Below, in pieces: positions 27,276 through 41,651 of a stretch of DNA of 64,000 bases. Source of the DNA: Octopus sinensis (lineage: Eukaryota); NCBI RefSeq assembly GCF_006345805.1, contig NC_043002.1, forward strand, positions 64,170,001-64,234,000, in the 5' to 3' direction. The notes below the pieces were generated by a model that worked only from the letters and a program-made list of their open reading frames with translations, was not told the origin of the DNA and ran no database searches. Position numbers and translations under genes: made by a program. Each line of letters opens with the position of its first letter. Within the stretch, counting starts at the first letter, position 1.

Positions 27276-29415
27276 AGCAGAGATACCAACTCTGTCACCT
27301 ATATATGTTGACTGATGATAAAGTATGGACGGAATTTTGAAGTCCAATGCTACCCTACACAAATATTTGATTATGAGGATTTACAAACATACTTTCTCAG
27401 TGAAACTTAATATACCCATCATTATAGATAATACCAAATGTACTTTTTCGGATTTTTCATAATTTCATAATGTGAGGTAATTCTTTGGTATAGCAATTGC
27501 ATGCGGCTGAAGAGAGCTTTAAACCATCTGTTATGTCGATTACACATTGATGTAAGAATAGATTCTTTTATAAAGCTTGAAACACGTGTACCGCGACATC
27601 CTTTGTGTTCTGTTTTATTTCATTTGATGCATATACCCTCTCACCTCTGCTACTAGCTGGCATATACAGGTGCTTACACTTATCAAGTATTCACCCTGAA
27701 TTTATATATATATATATATAACCGTCCAAGTCGTCCACTATGTTATATCGAAGAATCCTATCTCAAACAAACCATGCTTGAGATTGAAAGTGAAATCAAA
27801 CACTCCCATGATAACGATAGAACATGAAAGGAAGTCAAGTTTATAAGATATGTAAAGAAAACTCTTAGAGCCTTTAATACATTTGCAAAAGTAGAGGTTG
27901 GAGGGCACCTCCACATGAGTGGGAGTACTGTCGAGAATTAAAGCCTTCAACGTTATTAGCATGTATCCACAGAATAAAGAGGAGAAATATATCTTTCACT
28001 ATGATGGTATCTCTTTACATGTGTGTTCATACATGGAAGATACGTACATTTTCAATAATACATATACTTTCCCAAAATATGTATGTATACATACATCAAA
28101 TAAATATTCATCTTTCTTAACGTTGTTTGTGTAATTATAAGAGAGTGTATAGTCATATTTTCTCTTGTTGTAATTGTAAAATAATCAAGTTTTCAAATTA
28201 CATTAATTCTCTAATATTGTAATTATTTACGTGATAAGGCTTAAGCTAAAGGTACCGCACTTTATAGTCTTTAATTTGATGACGTAGATGAATCAGTAAA
28301 GAGTCTTAGAATATCTCTCATTACGGACATTTAGGTAAACAATGTGTGACATGACAAGGCATAAACTCGTACTAAAATGCACAGATATATGATTTATATA
28401 CATGTGTATATGTGGTTGTGTGTGTGAACCCGTGTGTATGCATTAGTATGATATAATCAATCGATGCCAGTTACTAATCATTAATAGCAACATTGGATAA
28501 TTTGAGCCCCATAACGAATCGAAGGACTGGAATTATGAAGCTCATTTTATGTACCATAACATAATAAATCTACCCAAATTATACATAGTCATAGCTACAC
28601 TATAATTCGGTATATCTGTACATTTTAAAAGACAGCTGAATCTAGTTACCATTTAAACATCAACTGCTGACAAATGTTCGCACTATATCATACCGTGAAA
28701 AGGCTTTAAAAACTGTACATTTTAGTTTTTAGGATTAGTGGCACTCATACACACACAACAGACATTATAATAGTAGAAAGAATTCCCTACATTCCAAACA
28801 GGGGGGAAAATATTCGTATGTACAAACCCGGCTAGATCGAAAACATTTCTAACGCAAACAAATACTATACTCCACCACTACTCTCACTGACTATTCAAAT
28901 ATAACATAATTTAATCTCACTCCCAACACATGGAAAGTAGGTATTATATATAGACAATCTGTAATTCGAAAAAGAGAAATGATACCACCTTCTCGCAACA
29001 CATCTGGTCACCAAAAGAAAATGAAACCATCTACAACATAGTGTGGAATATACTTTCCTTCTCGAAAAAGGGTTTTAGTTAACATAAGCTTTTCACTGTT
29101 CTAGAGTATTAGATATCATTAAATCTTAACCTACTCTTAATATCTTGACAAACATCAAGATATGATTTGCACATTATCTCCGAAAGCTATAAATCATTTC
29201 AATACTTCAAAACACAGATTTCACCAGTGAAAATCCGCAAGCAATATCGGTATTTATTGGCAATATGCATAAATGTGTATATGTATGTATGTGTGTGTTT
29301 GTGTGTGTATGTCTGTGCGTGAGTGTGTGTACAAATAAATCATAAGAGAATACTATGGATATAGTTATCTACATATGCATTTAGCAATAAATAGCTGCAC
29401 CTATAGTTTTTGTGA

Positions 29416-29612
29416 AGGCGGCGAGCTGGCAGAATCGCTAGCACGCCGGACGAAATGCTTAGCACTTTTCCTAAGCCGCTATGTTCTGAGTTCAAAATCC
29501 GCCGCGATTTCGGGGTCGATGAAATAAGTAACAATTACGTACTGGTATCGATGTAATCGGCTGACCCCCTTCCTGCCAAAATTTTCAAGGCATTGTGCCT
29601 AGAGTTGAAATA
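29416..29612 (+). mobile_element. SINE family B
   Basis: aggcggcgagctggcagaatcgctagcacgccgg...ggggtcgatgaaataag...aaattttcaaggcattgtgcctag. Confidence 0.8.
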
Positions 29613-29629
29613 AACAAAGCACTTTGCAC

Positions 29630-29760
29630 ATTATTTACATTATTTACATTTGACGGATATTTGTGTTCATCTTGTTTGTTGTTAACTCAATGTTTGGGCC
29701 GATATCCCGACCAGACTTCATCAGGTGTTGGGTTCTAATGTATTTTTCGATGTTGCTGTT
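29630..29760 (-). mobile_element. HHR-relic tail element, mini-family C (minus copy)
   Basis: Minus strand aacac-CTGATGA-a-gtctg...cggcc-caaa-ca-tt-gagtt (29729-29684), then aacaacaaacaagatg...aatgtaaataat, homologous to 31144-31245. Confidence 0.6.
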
Positions 29761-29771
29761 ATTATTTTTAC

Positions 29772-29831
<60 letters not shown>

Positions 29832-29870
29832 CATTATTACTATTATCATCATTATTATTATTATTATTAT

Positions 29871-30232
29871 TCAGTATTTTTATTTTTATAGCGTGCTTTC
29901 ACTTCACTACCAAGCACAGCTCTGTGTGCCTTGGGTATGTGCGGTGATTTGTTTTGATGCTCTTATGGTTACTGTATTGATAGTGTTCTGCATAGGATGT
30001 GTGCAGTGCTCAGTAGTGCAATTTTCTGTATGTTATATTTATTTGTAAGTCCTGGTGTTTTAGTTATGTATTTGTCTGAATATTTTTTATCATACCTCAT
30101 GAGCCTACTATGATAGGAATTGTTTCTCTTTTTAGATTCCACATTTCAGTTACCTTTATTTCCATCTCTTTGTATTTTGAAAGTTTCTCCATTTCTTTTC
30201 GAGAAACGTTGTCATCAGCTGGTATTCATTAG
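29871..30232 (-). mobile_element. R4/Dong-type LINE 3' fragment
   Basis: Reverse complement matches 57350-57710 (...IPADDNVS..EMEKLSKYK...IQKIALL.TAHIL.RTLSIQ plus same 3' UTR), followed by (AAT)n. Confidence 0.9.
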
Positions 30233-30239
30233 AAAAAAA

Positions 30240-30452
30240 AAAATCCTTCTTTTTCTTCTTCCTCTTTTCTTCTTCTTCTTCTTCTTCTTCTTCTTCTTCT
30301 TTTTCTTCTTCTTCTTCTCCTTTTTTTTTCTTCTTCTTCTTCTTCTTCTTCTTCATCTCCTTCTTCTTCTTCTTCTACCGCTTCTTCTACTCCCTCTTCT
30401 TCTTCTTCTTCTTCTTCTTCTACCTCATCTTCTTCTTCTACTTCTTCTTCTA

Positions 30453-30483
<31 letters not shown>

Positions 30484-30665
30484 TTCTTCTATTTCTTCTT
30501 CTACTCCCTCTTCTTCTTCTTCTTCTTCCCGTTCTTCTTCCAGTTCTTCTTCTTCTGCTTCTTCTACTTCTGCTACTTCTTCTTCTACTTCTTCTCTTCT
30601 TCTTCTTCTTCTTCTTCTTCTTCTTCTTCTTCTTCTTCTTCTACTTCTTCTTCTACTCCCTCTTC

Positions 30666-30697
<32 letters not shown>

Positions 30698-30731
30698 CTT
30701 CTTCTTCTACTTCTTCTTCTACTCCCCCTTC

Positions 30732-30762
<31 letters not shown>

Positions 30763-30782
30763 ACTTCTTCTTCTTCTTATAC

Positions 30783-30862
<80 letters not shown>
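30240..30862. repeat. Interrupted (CTT)n tract (~590 bp) followed by (TTA)n
   Basis: Direct reading; the sub-motif ttctactccc recurs about 4 times. Confidence 0.95.
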
Positions 30863-30863
<1 letters not shown>

Positions 30864-30865
30864 CA

Positions 30866-30949
30866 GTGGGCATATGACCTAGTGGTTAAGAGCGCGGGCT
30901 ACTTACACTAAGATTCCAAGTTTGGTTTCAAGCAGTGACCTTCATAGTA

Positions 30950-30992
<43 letters not shown>

Positions 30993-31250
30993 TATTGAGA
31001 AGAAGAAGAAGAAGAAGAAGAAGAAGAAGAAGAAGAAGAAGAAGAAGAAGAAGAAGAAGAAGAAGAAGAAGAAGAAGAAGAAGAAGAAGAAGAAGATTGA
31101 AAAATAACTTAGAAATGTGAACCTCGGTTCGAAATTTCCCCAAGAAAACTCATGAAGGTTGGAAGATATTTGAGCCGAATCGTTGTGTTAACAACAAACA
31201 AATGAGGACAAATATCGTCAATTGTAAATAATCTACATAATTCCCCAAAA
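30866..31250 (+). mobile_element. Composite: tRNA-like head + (AAT)n/(AAG)n + HHR-relic tail (mini-family C, plus copy)
   Basis: Head gggcatatgacctagtggttaagagcgcgggc (A-box-like; B box degenerate). (AAG)n 30997-31096. Relic CTCATGA-a-ggttg...gagcc-GAAT-cg-TT-gtgtt at 31149-31189. Confidence 0.55.
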
Positions 31251-31639
31251 AATTCTAAAAAAGGCATATTCATCCTTTCTATGTAATTTCAATAATAAAC
31301 ATTTTAGTTTATTTGAAACTATAGTATCAAATGCGGATGTATATGAAATATCAATCAATGATATAGATGGGAAATGCAAAAACAACAAAAAAAGTCAATA
31401 TTTTTGTAGTTCGAAATATTGCGATTTATGACATAAAATGTGTTCTAGAATTAGCCAGAGCTAACAATGAAAAACTTTAACAACTAAATATTGTTAAACA
31501 CACCTCTGAAAATACAATGTACAAATGCAATTCACTTCGAATATAAGGAACAACCGGCAGCGAGACTTTTTTTCCGCAGATCTCCAAATGGGGCTCATGG
31601 CAGGCAATGGCTTAATTTTCAATCATCTTTAATAATCGT

Positions 31640-31996
31640 TTATCTTTTACTTGTTTCTGTTATTAAACCGCGGCCATACTGGTGCACCGATTTCAGTGAC
31701 TTTTCTTCGAACAGATCGAAACCAGTACTTTTTCTCTTTCAAGCCTGATACTTATTGTACAGTACTGTTTTACCGAGCCGCTAAGTCACGGGGGCGTAAA
31801 CAAAAGAAAGGAAAAGTGACACACACAGACACACGCATGCGCACACAAGCTCCTTTCAGTTTCCGTGTACCAAATCGACTTGCAAAGATTGAGCCGGCCC
31901 AAAGCTATACTAGAAACGTATCCAAGGTACCATGCAGTGGGACTGAACTCATAACCCTGTTCTTGAGGAAAAAAAGTTTTTACCTCACAGCCACGC
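31640..31996 (-). mobile_element. SINE family A (degenerate)
   Basis: Both halves recognisable, short internal (CA)n. Confidence 0.7.
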
Positions 31997-32159
31997 AGAA
32001 ATTTTATCCAACTCCGATACAGTCACAATAATTTTCATTGCTGCTGCATCGGCAAAATGTTCTACACATTTAATGAATAACGATATGCGTGAAATTAGCC
32101 TCAAACGAGGGTAATTTCCTATGATTTTAACTTGTGCATATCTGTCTAAACGAGCATGC

Positions 32160-32218
<59 letters not shown>

Positions 32219-32243
32219 AAGATATACATATATACATTTATAT

Positions 32244-32398
32244 GACGGGCTTCTTTCAGTTCCTGTCTACCAAATCCACTCAGAATGCTGTGGTCGGCTC
32301 GAGGCTATAGTAGAAGTCACTGGCCAAGGTGCCAGGCAGTGGGATGAATCTGGAATCATGTGGTTGGTAAGCAAGCTACCTACCCACAGCCACTCCTA
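32244..32398 (-). mobile_element. SINE family A, 5' half
   Basis: gacgggcttctttcagttcctgtctaccaaatccactc...catgtggttggtaagcaagctacc..cacagccactcct. Confidence 0.8.
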
Positions 32399-32434
32399 CG
32401 CCTATATATATATATACATATGTATATATATCTA

Positions 32435-32480
<46 letters not shown>

Positions 32481-32487
32481 ATATATA

Positions 32488-32523
<36 letters not shown>

Positions 32524-33220
32524 TGTATTTTGTCCACTGTTCTATGTATCAGAATTTTCACTAGCTTGAGGGAAGGTTCTAATTACAAAGTCTCCATCAG
32601 TAGACAATGGACCACAATACCTGGATTTGTCAGAGATCGACCATTAGAAATACTCTGCGCATTTTTACTATTCTCTTTACTGAGAGTAATGATAAATTTC
32701 ATATTAGGCTGTTGCTATCATAGCCTGTAAATCCTAGCTTTTCTAGTTTGCCATTTTGACTCGTAATAACATAAACAAGAGCGCCAGACATATAACAGAA
32801 AATTTATATGTGTATATACAGGTATGAGAACATATGTGTATTTGTGAGCATTTCCTTCAAAACTAGACGTTGTAAAAACGACATTTTAAAAGCAGCTGTA
32901 CAGGCGCAACAATTTCTCAAGTTTGAAAACACGTGCGAATTGTCTGCGACTAGTCAAATGGAAGCAGTGAAGATGATGATATACTTACGAGTACATACAC
33001 ACACTAGCACATTGATATGCATACACACGCCTATATATTCGTGTAAATCTATATGTATATATGTACATATGTATACTTATATGTACGTGTCTGCGTTTGT
33101 GTATGTATACATGGATGTATATATGTAGATATATATATATATATATACATATGTGTATGTGTGCGTGCGTGTGCTATGTATATATATATATTTACGTATA
33201 TTCATGTGTGCAGCTATGTG

Positions 33221-33261
<41 letters not shown>

Positions 33262-34115
33262 TCATACCTTTTTGTATATGTACATGAATATTGATACTGA
33301 CATTACTACGCACATATATTTGTTTGTCTGTCTGTGTCTGTGTGTTTGTCTGTATATATGTATAATCCAACTAAAAGAAGAGCACCAGCTTCAGAACACC
33401 AAGATCAAATGCTGCGACTGAGTAGACTAAATGTCTTTTTGGTAAAAAGCGCTGGTTTAAAGAAGGTGAGTAAATGTTATGAAAACAAAACCTAGGTCCT
33501 GCACTATGTGTAAGTACTATAACCGTAAAAGACAATAAGAAACATCAAACGTGCTTATCTTCAGAAACCCAATTACCACCACTATTGCAGTGATCGTTTG
33601 AAAGTCTCGAAATACGAGGGCGTAGAAATATCTGCACTGACATTCGACAGGCTACAAATAACAACAAAATGCTCTTAAAAATCAGACAATAGCTTTTATA
33701 AAAAAATAAGCATATGTTTGTTACTCTATATATTGCTGCCAGAGAATGGTTGTTCCCAGCTTTGATAAATTTAAGTAATTTGTTCTCGATCTTTTGTTGC
33801 ATCTGAGCAACGACGCTATGTCATCAAGATCAAAAATAACGTAAGCTATAAGAGATACAAAGCAAAATATGCAGCGCTAGCAACAGTGGCAAGAACAACA
33901 TTCTTCATTAGTTACATCTATCATTATTGCGAGAATAATAGAAGGCAATGTAGAATTCGGGAAAACTAAGCACTTTATATAAAGGTAATATATTTGTACA
34001 ATACATAAACATAACTGCCAAGAATTTGGTGTAGTGGCTATCTTTCTTACCGGTGTCATGAGCCGAGCGATGAACTGTGCTATCTACATACTTATAATTA
34101 TAATTATGTGTATAT

Positions 34116-36677
34116 TAGAGTGGCCTCTATTTTTCAGCTTTCTAACAGTTTTGCCTCCTCCCTATCTTGTTCCAATTAACAGAAAAACAATCTATGTAAA
34201 ATTTTAGCTTAATCGAACAACTGCAAGACGACCCTCATCGGACATAAAACGTTGAAGTTTTCACCCTAAAATAATTTTTCTGAAATAAAATTATTTTATC
34301 CCTTATATAATTTTCTCATAAATTAAAATCTTGTTCAGATTTATTCTTGGTAACAGAAGGATAAGTGACAATAAACATAATGGGGAAAGCAACTTGCAAA
34401 ATAGTGGACAGAGCGCAGGTATAGGGCAAACACCTATTATTCGCCGTCATCCAGTCGGTGGACAGCCGTGTGCAAGTAATGCTGTGAGTTGCGTTCGTTC
34501 GTTGAAAGAATTGTACCGCATTTAATGGTAGTGTTGAGAAATAAAATATTAAGAAATATACGTCAGTGATAAACAGTGAACTGATATGACTTATCTGCGA
34601 TTGTAAATATAAGTTAATTCATTTCAAATAACATTTAAGCACTCATTCATTTTATTATGGCGCATTATGATATAGATTTTCCCCTGTTGCGTTGGTAGCC
34701 CCAACAAAGTTGTAATGCCATGTTTATAACCTCTCCGTTTTTATAATGTTATGTGCTTTGTATACTTATTATCAATGCCTTAGAACAAAATTTAGAGAAC
34801 TGAGACACAGAAATACAGCACAAATTTAACCAAAACGACTGTCAAGAATCAGTGTTGCACTGGGATGAAAAGCTGCTCCCAGCATTCACAGGCACCGAAA
34901 AGTTTGATAGAGTGGCAATAATAATAACGTTTCAAAGCATGGGGCAATTGTTGGGAGTCCCTGAAAAACCAGCATCTTCTGTAGAACAGCAAGCCATGGC
35001 TGTTTAACAAGCAGTGGAGAAGTGGGAGTATAACCGACAAAATTCAAGCGCTTTGCTGTGATAATACAGCAAGAAATACAGGCCGAATGGTACCATTACA
35101 CATATAGAAAAGTTGTTCAATCGCGACCTGATGTAGTTCCCTTACCGTCATCACATTTTTTAGTTTCTAGGAACTGTTTTGACTCACTGATGGGTACAAA
35201 TTCTGGTCCAGACATGGCGTTTTCGAAAGATTTAGAGAAACCTGGACAAATCTCAACTAGAGTGTTTGCATGACCAGTAGCAATGATGAGCCTGCTGATG
35301 CCGGCTGTAGCATTCTTGGATTTCTTGAATACCACCTATCTACACAGAAACAATAGCGAAATGATTACCGAGAAATGTTCGAGTTAACGATAATCTTTCT
35401 TGGCCGCATTCCAAAGAAAGGAATATCGTTTCGTACACCAGCAGCTGCAAGTCATGACAGGTGGGTATCAGAAGGAATTTACGCATTCAAGAAATACCTG
35501 TTTCAAGATCAATTTCAGTAATCTCCTGGGGAGAGAACTCTTTAAAAAAAATGTGCATTTTATTTTTTTATTTATTTATTTTTATTTTTTGCTCAGGCCT
35601 ATGTTCAAGCCTGGTTTCTGTCATCAGAAGTAATTAAAGAATCTTATCAGACGTCATGTGATAAATTATAAGGATATTGATTCAGAAATCAGTAAGGCTG
35701 CTGTGAAAAAACTATCCATCTCTGGTACTTAGTTCCCAAATCGGTGGCTCTATCCGTATTTGATGACAATGTTCCAACAGAGGTGAAGGCAAATATTGCT
35801 CGAGTTATGCTGGAAGGAAACAAATGTGAAGAAGAGGAAGAAGAAAAATCACCTGAAGAGATACATTCTGCACCAAAATGATTTTTCTTCCTCTACAAAC
35901 ATCGAGTTTCCGTGTTTTGTAACTCCCGGTACTAAAACTTTGTTCACAAGATTTTCTGTCAACACCGACTTCCTTGACAACAATCCTTCAACGTAGAACG
36001 ATAATCCTAGTTATACAAAAGTGCACTTGAAAAACTGCAGAAGACAGTTGGTGTGAATGATGTTGCAGAAAGGGGTGGGTGTCAAATTCATTCAAGATTG
36101 CAATCACATTCTCACAAAAGATCAGACTGAGAAACAATTTGTTTTACAGACCTTTACCGAAAACTGCAAAACATACACAATTGCCACTAAATCCTCTGTT
36201 ATGCAAAAATAATGTCAATATTCAGTGTTCAGTGTTCACATTATGTTTTTGGTTCTGTAGAAAACTTTGTTGTAAATAAATATACGTTTCTCTTTAGACG
36301 TTTCGTGCTTTATTAAGAAAACCTGATATTTCTTAAGTTTTTCATCTCCTTTCAGGGACTTTCCAAATTAGCTACTGGCAAATTTGATTCAGAACGTTTT
36401 TAAACATATGTTGGTGTTGCCTGTATGTGTCCACATAAATTTCTCTAAGAAGAAAAAAGAAAGTGGTCGGGGAATGGAAAATTATACCGCATTTGAACAA
36501 AATTAATCGTTGCGCGTTCTATGTTCCAAATTCAAAGCGTTTGAGGGTCGCCTAGCAGTTGTCTGATTACGCCGAAATTTTGCACACCCCAATGTTTTGT
36601 TTGTTGCAATAGGATTAGTGGCTGGTAGCAGCAAAATTGTAACTTTCGAAAATTACTTATTGCTAAGGGCCACTGTA
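34116..36677 (+). mobile_element. Full-length-footprint hAT fossil (hATm-like), decayed transposase ~34.85-36.15 kb
   Basis: Termini TAGAGTGGCC / GGCCACTGTA and perfect 8-bp TSD GTGTATAT (34108-15, 36678-85). Broken-frame motifs ALCCDNTARNTG, YRHHIF, RDDYRE..EL.IIFLG, LWYL, VNDVAERG. The hATm label is my recollection of these motifs. Confidence 0.8.
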
Positions 36678-39269
36678 GTGTATATGCATGTAGTCTACGT
36701 GTGTAAAACGCAGGAGAATCTCAGAACGCAGTACACGCGTAACATTACGTATCAAAATGTTTTAATAGGCAGAAAATTATACAAGAGAATTAACCGCAAA
36801 TGCTTTCTCCAATGCAAGCTACCAAATGCGATGCATGAAACACCATATATCAAGAATTCGTGATAGCACTCCTCTGGCCTACAAGCCTTGAAATAGATGC
36901 AAATATAGAACCCCTAAGGTCATTAAAGAAAATTTCATTTGGCAAACTGAAGTCCTCAACCCAGCAGATATAGCATCACAGTAATTTGGTTTCTCTTTAA
37001 GTACACTAAGTATTTAATCCCGCTGCAACTATTAATCTTCTATCTCTCTCATGAGAGAGCCGCACCAGTGTTGCACTTCCCTGTAGTTTCACTTGCAATG
37101 TACTACGCACAAGCACACAGAAACACATAATACACATAATACACACGTACGCACATTCTCACACACACACAGGCATACGCAAACACATACATATGTGCGC
37201 AAATAACGACTGACACATACACTTATAGAGAGGCATCTAAAGAAAAGCCATACGGTAGAAAGATAGAGCCATCGATTTATCACTTTATCTTAACTCCGTT
37301 TGATATCTTCGCACATTCGCTGTATCTGAAATACCTTAACATCTGCAGTAGTTAAAAGAAATAGACGTGTTATTTCTCTTTTTTCTTTTCCCATCTTCAC
37401 ATTCACACGTTAAATGATCATTAATATATATCTCTAGAATACCGGCATCGAAACACAGTCAACGTAAACCTCAATGTTATCTGCTAAATCAATATTGTTC
37501 TTAAACAGACAAATAACCGCTACAAGAGAGATAAATAGAGAAATTTTAAACGAATTTATATATATATATATATATATTAAACCTTCTCCTGTCATTGTAA
37601 TTGAGAATAGAAAACAGTCTGCGCCCGCCTACGTATAATTGGTTTCTTATTTTTCTCTTCCACATGAATTTGGTGAAGTTTAAAATGTTTAAAAGCATTT
37701 TTATTTTACTAAACTTAGAAATTTGTGAGCGCTGTATCAAAATTGCACATCCTATCCAAAGCACCATCAACCTGTATGCATGTTCCCTCCTGAATCAGAT
37801 CAATAATGAAGAAAACTTTGAAAGGAATAAAAGCAATAAATTACAAACTCGGTTATATAGAACGAACACCTCACTCCTCCAAAGACTCTCATCGTTAAAA
37901 GATTTTCATGATCTTTCTAGAAGTATATAAACTAAATCTCATCCCATCATACACATCAAACTGTAATCCACAAACAACTCGACACAGTGAGCGTACATTA
38001 CTATGCAGTAATGCACAAACCCCAATTCTTGCTCAGCATTCTACAAATGCGGCAATCGACGATAAACATGTCATATACCGCTTAACATGTGAAACTTATA
38101 GAATCATATCGAGGTCCAGTTTAATAGTAAGAGTTATATACGGCCGTTTTATACTAGAAAATGTAACACCAATATAAACGACAAAATGAAGAGCAGTGCT
38201 GATACACAAGGTCAAAGAAATGAGAGATGAAGTCAGCAATCATAGATCTATTCATACTTAACGTAACCCTGGGGAATGAGGTGGCTTCATAGAAAATGCA
38301 AATGTATAATTGTATGTGTAGAGTGAAGAAAGAATTATACTGGCAGCTAGAACTGCTCCAAAAATTACTGAAACGGTAGAATTCCTGAACGTACGGAAGA
38401 ACAAGAGGGCAAACGGACAGAAAGAAATGGAATTCTATGAACTTTTATGCAATAAGGCACGAATGCTGGAAATAAAGAACGCTGATTTGAAACGAGCAAT
38501 CTAAACGCTAATTATATGATGAAGACCATCAGCCTCTTTTTTGAAATGTTAGAATTTGCCGTAGTTTACAACAACGGAGTCACTCTGTGAAATGCAATTT
38601 TGGGTGTAGGTTAAGTTTCTTGGCTACTGTGACGACACCAAGAGAGCGAATGTAATATTTTCTGTTATAAGAGGCACAAAGATATCATTCCCTAAGAAAT
38701 GACGGGAATAATAAGTGCTCTATATTTTCAGATATTCATGATTATCCGCCAATATTGATGACAGCGTGTCGTCGAATTAGTTTTGGAATTTTCCCGTAGA
38801 TTACGTTATCTCTTAATACATTCGCTCTGAAAAATGCACATCATATTGTAGTAATTGCTATTGACTTATATGTGATATAAGATAACTGAAAACCACAACA
38901 CCGTACATGCAGCTGATGCAACACAACAATTCTCATCAGATCACGACAAAAGGAATATAAAATGAAAACATGAGACAAAGATAGCAATGTTTCTGTGAAA
39001 TTCAAAACAAAAGAGTAACACTTCAGAGGAGGATATCACACACAGACGTCTATGTGCCTGTGTGATTAAGAAGCTTATATTATATATATGCGACTCTAGG
39101 ATCCATTCCATCACGCAGCAAATTCAACGAATGTTTACTGCTGTAGACATGAACTGACTAAAACCATGTGAGTAGATTTACTAGGCGGAAAATGGATAAG
39201 AAACTGTGTATATGTGCCTGAGTGTGAATGAATGTGTGTGTATGCGCCTGATTATGTGCGTTTGTGTCA

Positions 39270-39475
39270 GTGGCGTGTTTTCCGCACCACCACTTGGAAA
39301 ACTAGATTGGTATGTTTATATAAGCGTAAATTAATTCGGAGGAGCGGACCGATAAAATACGCGCCGGACTTGAAACTAAGAACTCAAGTCGATTTCTTTG
39401 ACGAAGCCTTTCAAGGGAGGTGTCCCAGTATTGCGTAATATATTGACTGAAGCAAGTAAAAGATAAAAGTAAAAC
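39270..39475 (+). mobile_element. Degenerate SINE family A 3' half
   Basis: gtcgatttctttgacgaagcctttcaagggaggtgtcccagtattgc...tgactgaagcaagtaaaagataaaag. Confidence 0.55.
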
Positions 39476-40185
39476 GATAAAAGAGAACAATGCAACGCAA
39501 CTCAACAAATTCAACAAAAGGTAATACAGCGTCACTCAACAAACACTTTACCAGCGGTCACTACAGCAAACAGCACATAGAATATAATAGAGTACACCTC
39601 ATCTCTTTCTGTCTAACGATGTTATCATCAAGTGTGCTGACGTCACGTCTGCCATCGATGAACTACGGTGACTTGGCAGGGTCGTAACCGAAGGAAGGTC
39701 AATCGAATTTCTGAGTGATGAAGTCAAGGGATATGTCTCAAGTCAAATTAGAAGGAAAATAAAGTTGGTGGAAATTCTGACAATTTCGTTTTAAAGAGAA
39801 TATATTTAGTTTTATGTATTTTGTGGGTAAAATATTCATGGAAGTACGTACGTGTGTTTGTATGTGAATGTATACACATATGTATATGTGCGTGTGGACG
39901 TTTATGTATGTAGGTATGCATATATGTTCGTATATATGTATATATATTTACATATGCATATATATATACGTATGTATGTATATCTATTTATATATACATA
40001 TATATACATACAATTTCAACAATTGAGGGCAAAATTAATTAATTATTAATCAATTTCACCAAGTGTTCAGTATGTAAAGGGACCATTCAAGGCGAATTCA
40101 AATTATTACATTATATATACATACATATATTTATATATATATGTATATATACATGTATATATATATATGTATATATTATATATAT

Positions 40186-40222
<37 letters not shown>

Positions 40223-40225
40223 GTG

Positions 40226-40295
<70 letters not shown>

Positions 40296-40307
40296 GTGCA
40301 TATATAT

Positions 40308-40340
<33 letters not shown>

Positions 40341-40412
40341 ATATATATATATATATCTATATATGCATATATTTATGTAAATATATAAATATATGCACAC
40401 AGCACAAATAGT

Positions 40413-40450
<38 letters not shown>

Positions 40451-40516
40451 TATATAAAACATTATTGGTGAATTGAAGAAATGGAGCTGAACGCAGATTG
40501 AACAGAAATCGTTTTA

Positions 40517-40605
40517 TTTCATTCTACACGTGTTTCGAAAGGCACAAATTACCAAAATCCGATTGAATAATGGGACCATATTGTGTCTTTCTCTTCAGGA
40601 AGAAA
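40517..40605 (-). ncRNA. Hammerhead ribozyme (inverted-arm copy)
   Basis: Reverse complement of the pLTR HHR; CTGAAGA at 40598-40592; predicted cleavage between 40525 and 40524. Confidence 0.85.
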
Positions 40606-41651
40606 AAAGGAAATCCGTTGGAAAAACAAAAACAGAACAGAGGCGGAGCAAAGAACAAATCGAACTGTGCTCCTAAGAGCCCATGGCGAAACTGTTTATC
40701 AGTGTATGTTGAGAACCGGTGGCTGAAGAATTCAACGGGTCAGGCATCGGTCAATCATGTGGGTGAGGGTGTATAGATGTTCTTTGTGACCGAGAATAAA
40801 GTTCTGACTATTTAAGGAATATTGGATGTTTTATAAGGGGCGAGAAAAAATCTACTTAGAGACGTGTGTGTGTGTATACTGTTCTATATATGTGTGTGTT
40901 GGCGTAGGGGTAGAAAACATTTTTTGTGTACGTGTGTGCGTTTGATCGTTCGGCTGTCAGTGGCTACTGCCGTGATAACCGTTGGGTGGCAGAAAGAAAA
41001 AAAAAGAAAAAATATATATATATTATGTTTTATGTGTATGTGTGTTCATCTAAGCCTGCCTTGTCAAGGAAACCCCCCGCTGTGAGAAAACCAAGCCCCG
41101 TTTGTCTTACAGGAGTAATTCCCCTTGCAGTGAAGGCTATTTCAGAATTTGTTACCAAGGGCTATGGGTGCCGGTATTATTTATAAACGCTATTTAAAGG
41201 CCAGGTAAGTGTAACGCCGCCAATGGGGGCATCGAAAAGCCGACTGTAAGAGCCCGTTTACCATCCGGCCTCTGGCAAACAAAATATGGAAGAGTTCGGA
41301 GACACAAAGGTTGCACTGTCTTCTGCCCCTATCAAATGGGAGGGCCACCGACAAAATTGACCATTCCAGCCTATAGCTTAAGTTCGCATCCTTCAGTCGC
41401 CATATTAGCTTACTGAGTCCCGTGGTCTGGCGCTTGTTCACGTCCCGAAAAGTTGCGTAATGGTTGGAGACACGCAAAGACAATCTTGAGGATGATGCCC
41501 CTACATAAGTGAAGGCATCTGAGTCCGTGTAAACCTTGCATTGGTAGACGGCGTTTTTGATCTTGGAGTTCGCCGACGTGAATCTTAATCTGCTAGGATT
41601 GTTTTTTGCTCCGCCTCTGTTCTGTTTTTGTTTTTCCAACGGATTTCCTTT

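Noticed and set aside
30866-30940. tRNA-like sequences here and at 9560-9622 and 15130-15207 as true tRNA genes
   Set aside because: Cloverleaves are incomplete and each is fused to a repeat body; these are SINE heads.
37719-37930. Possible terminal coding exon after ttttactaaacttag (ICERCIKIAHP...DLSRSI*)
   Set aside because: No recognisable domain and no upstream exon; needs RNA-seq. Not supportable from sequence alone.
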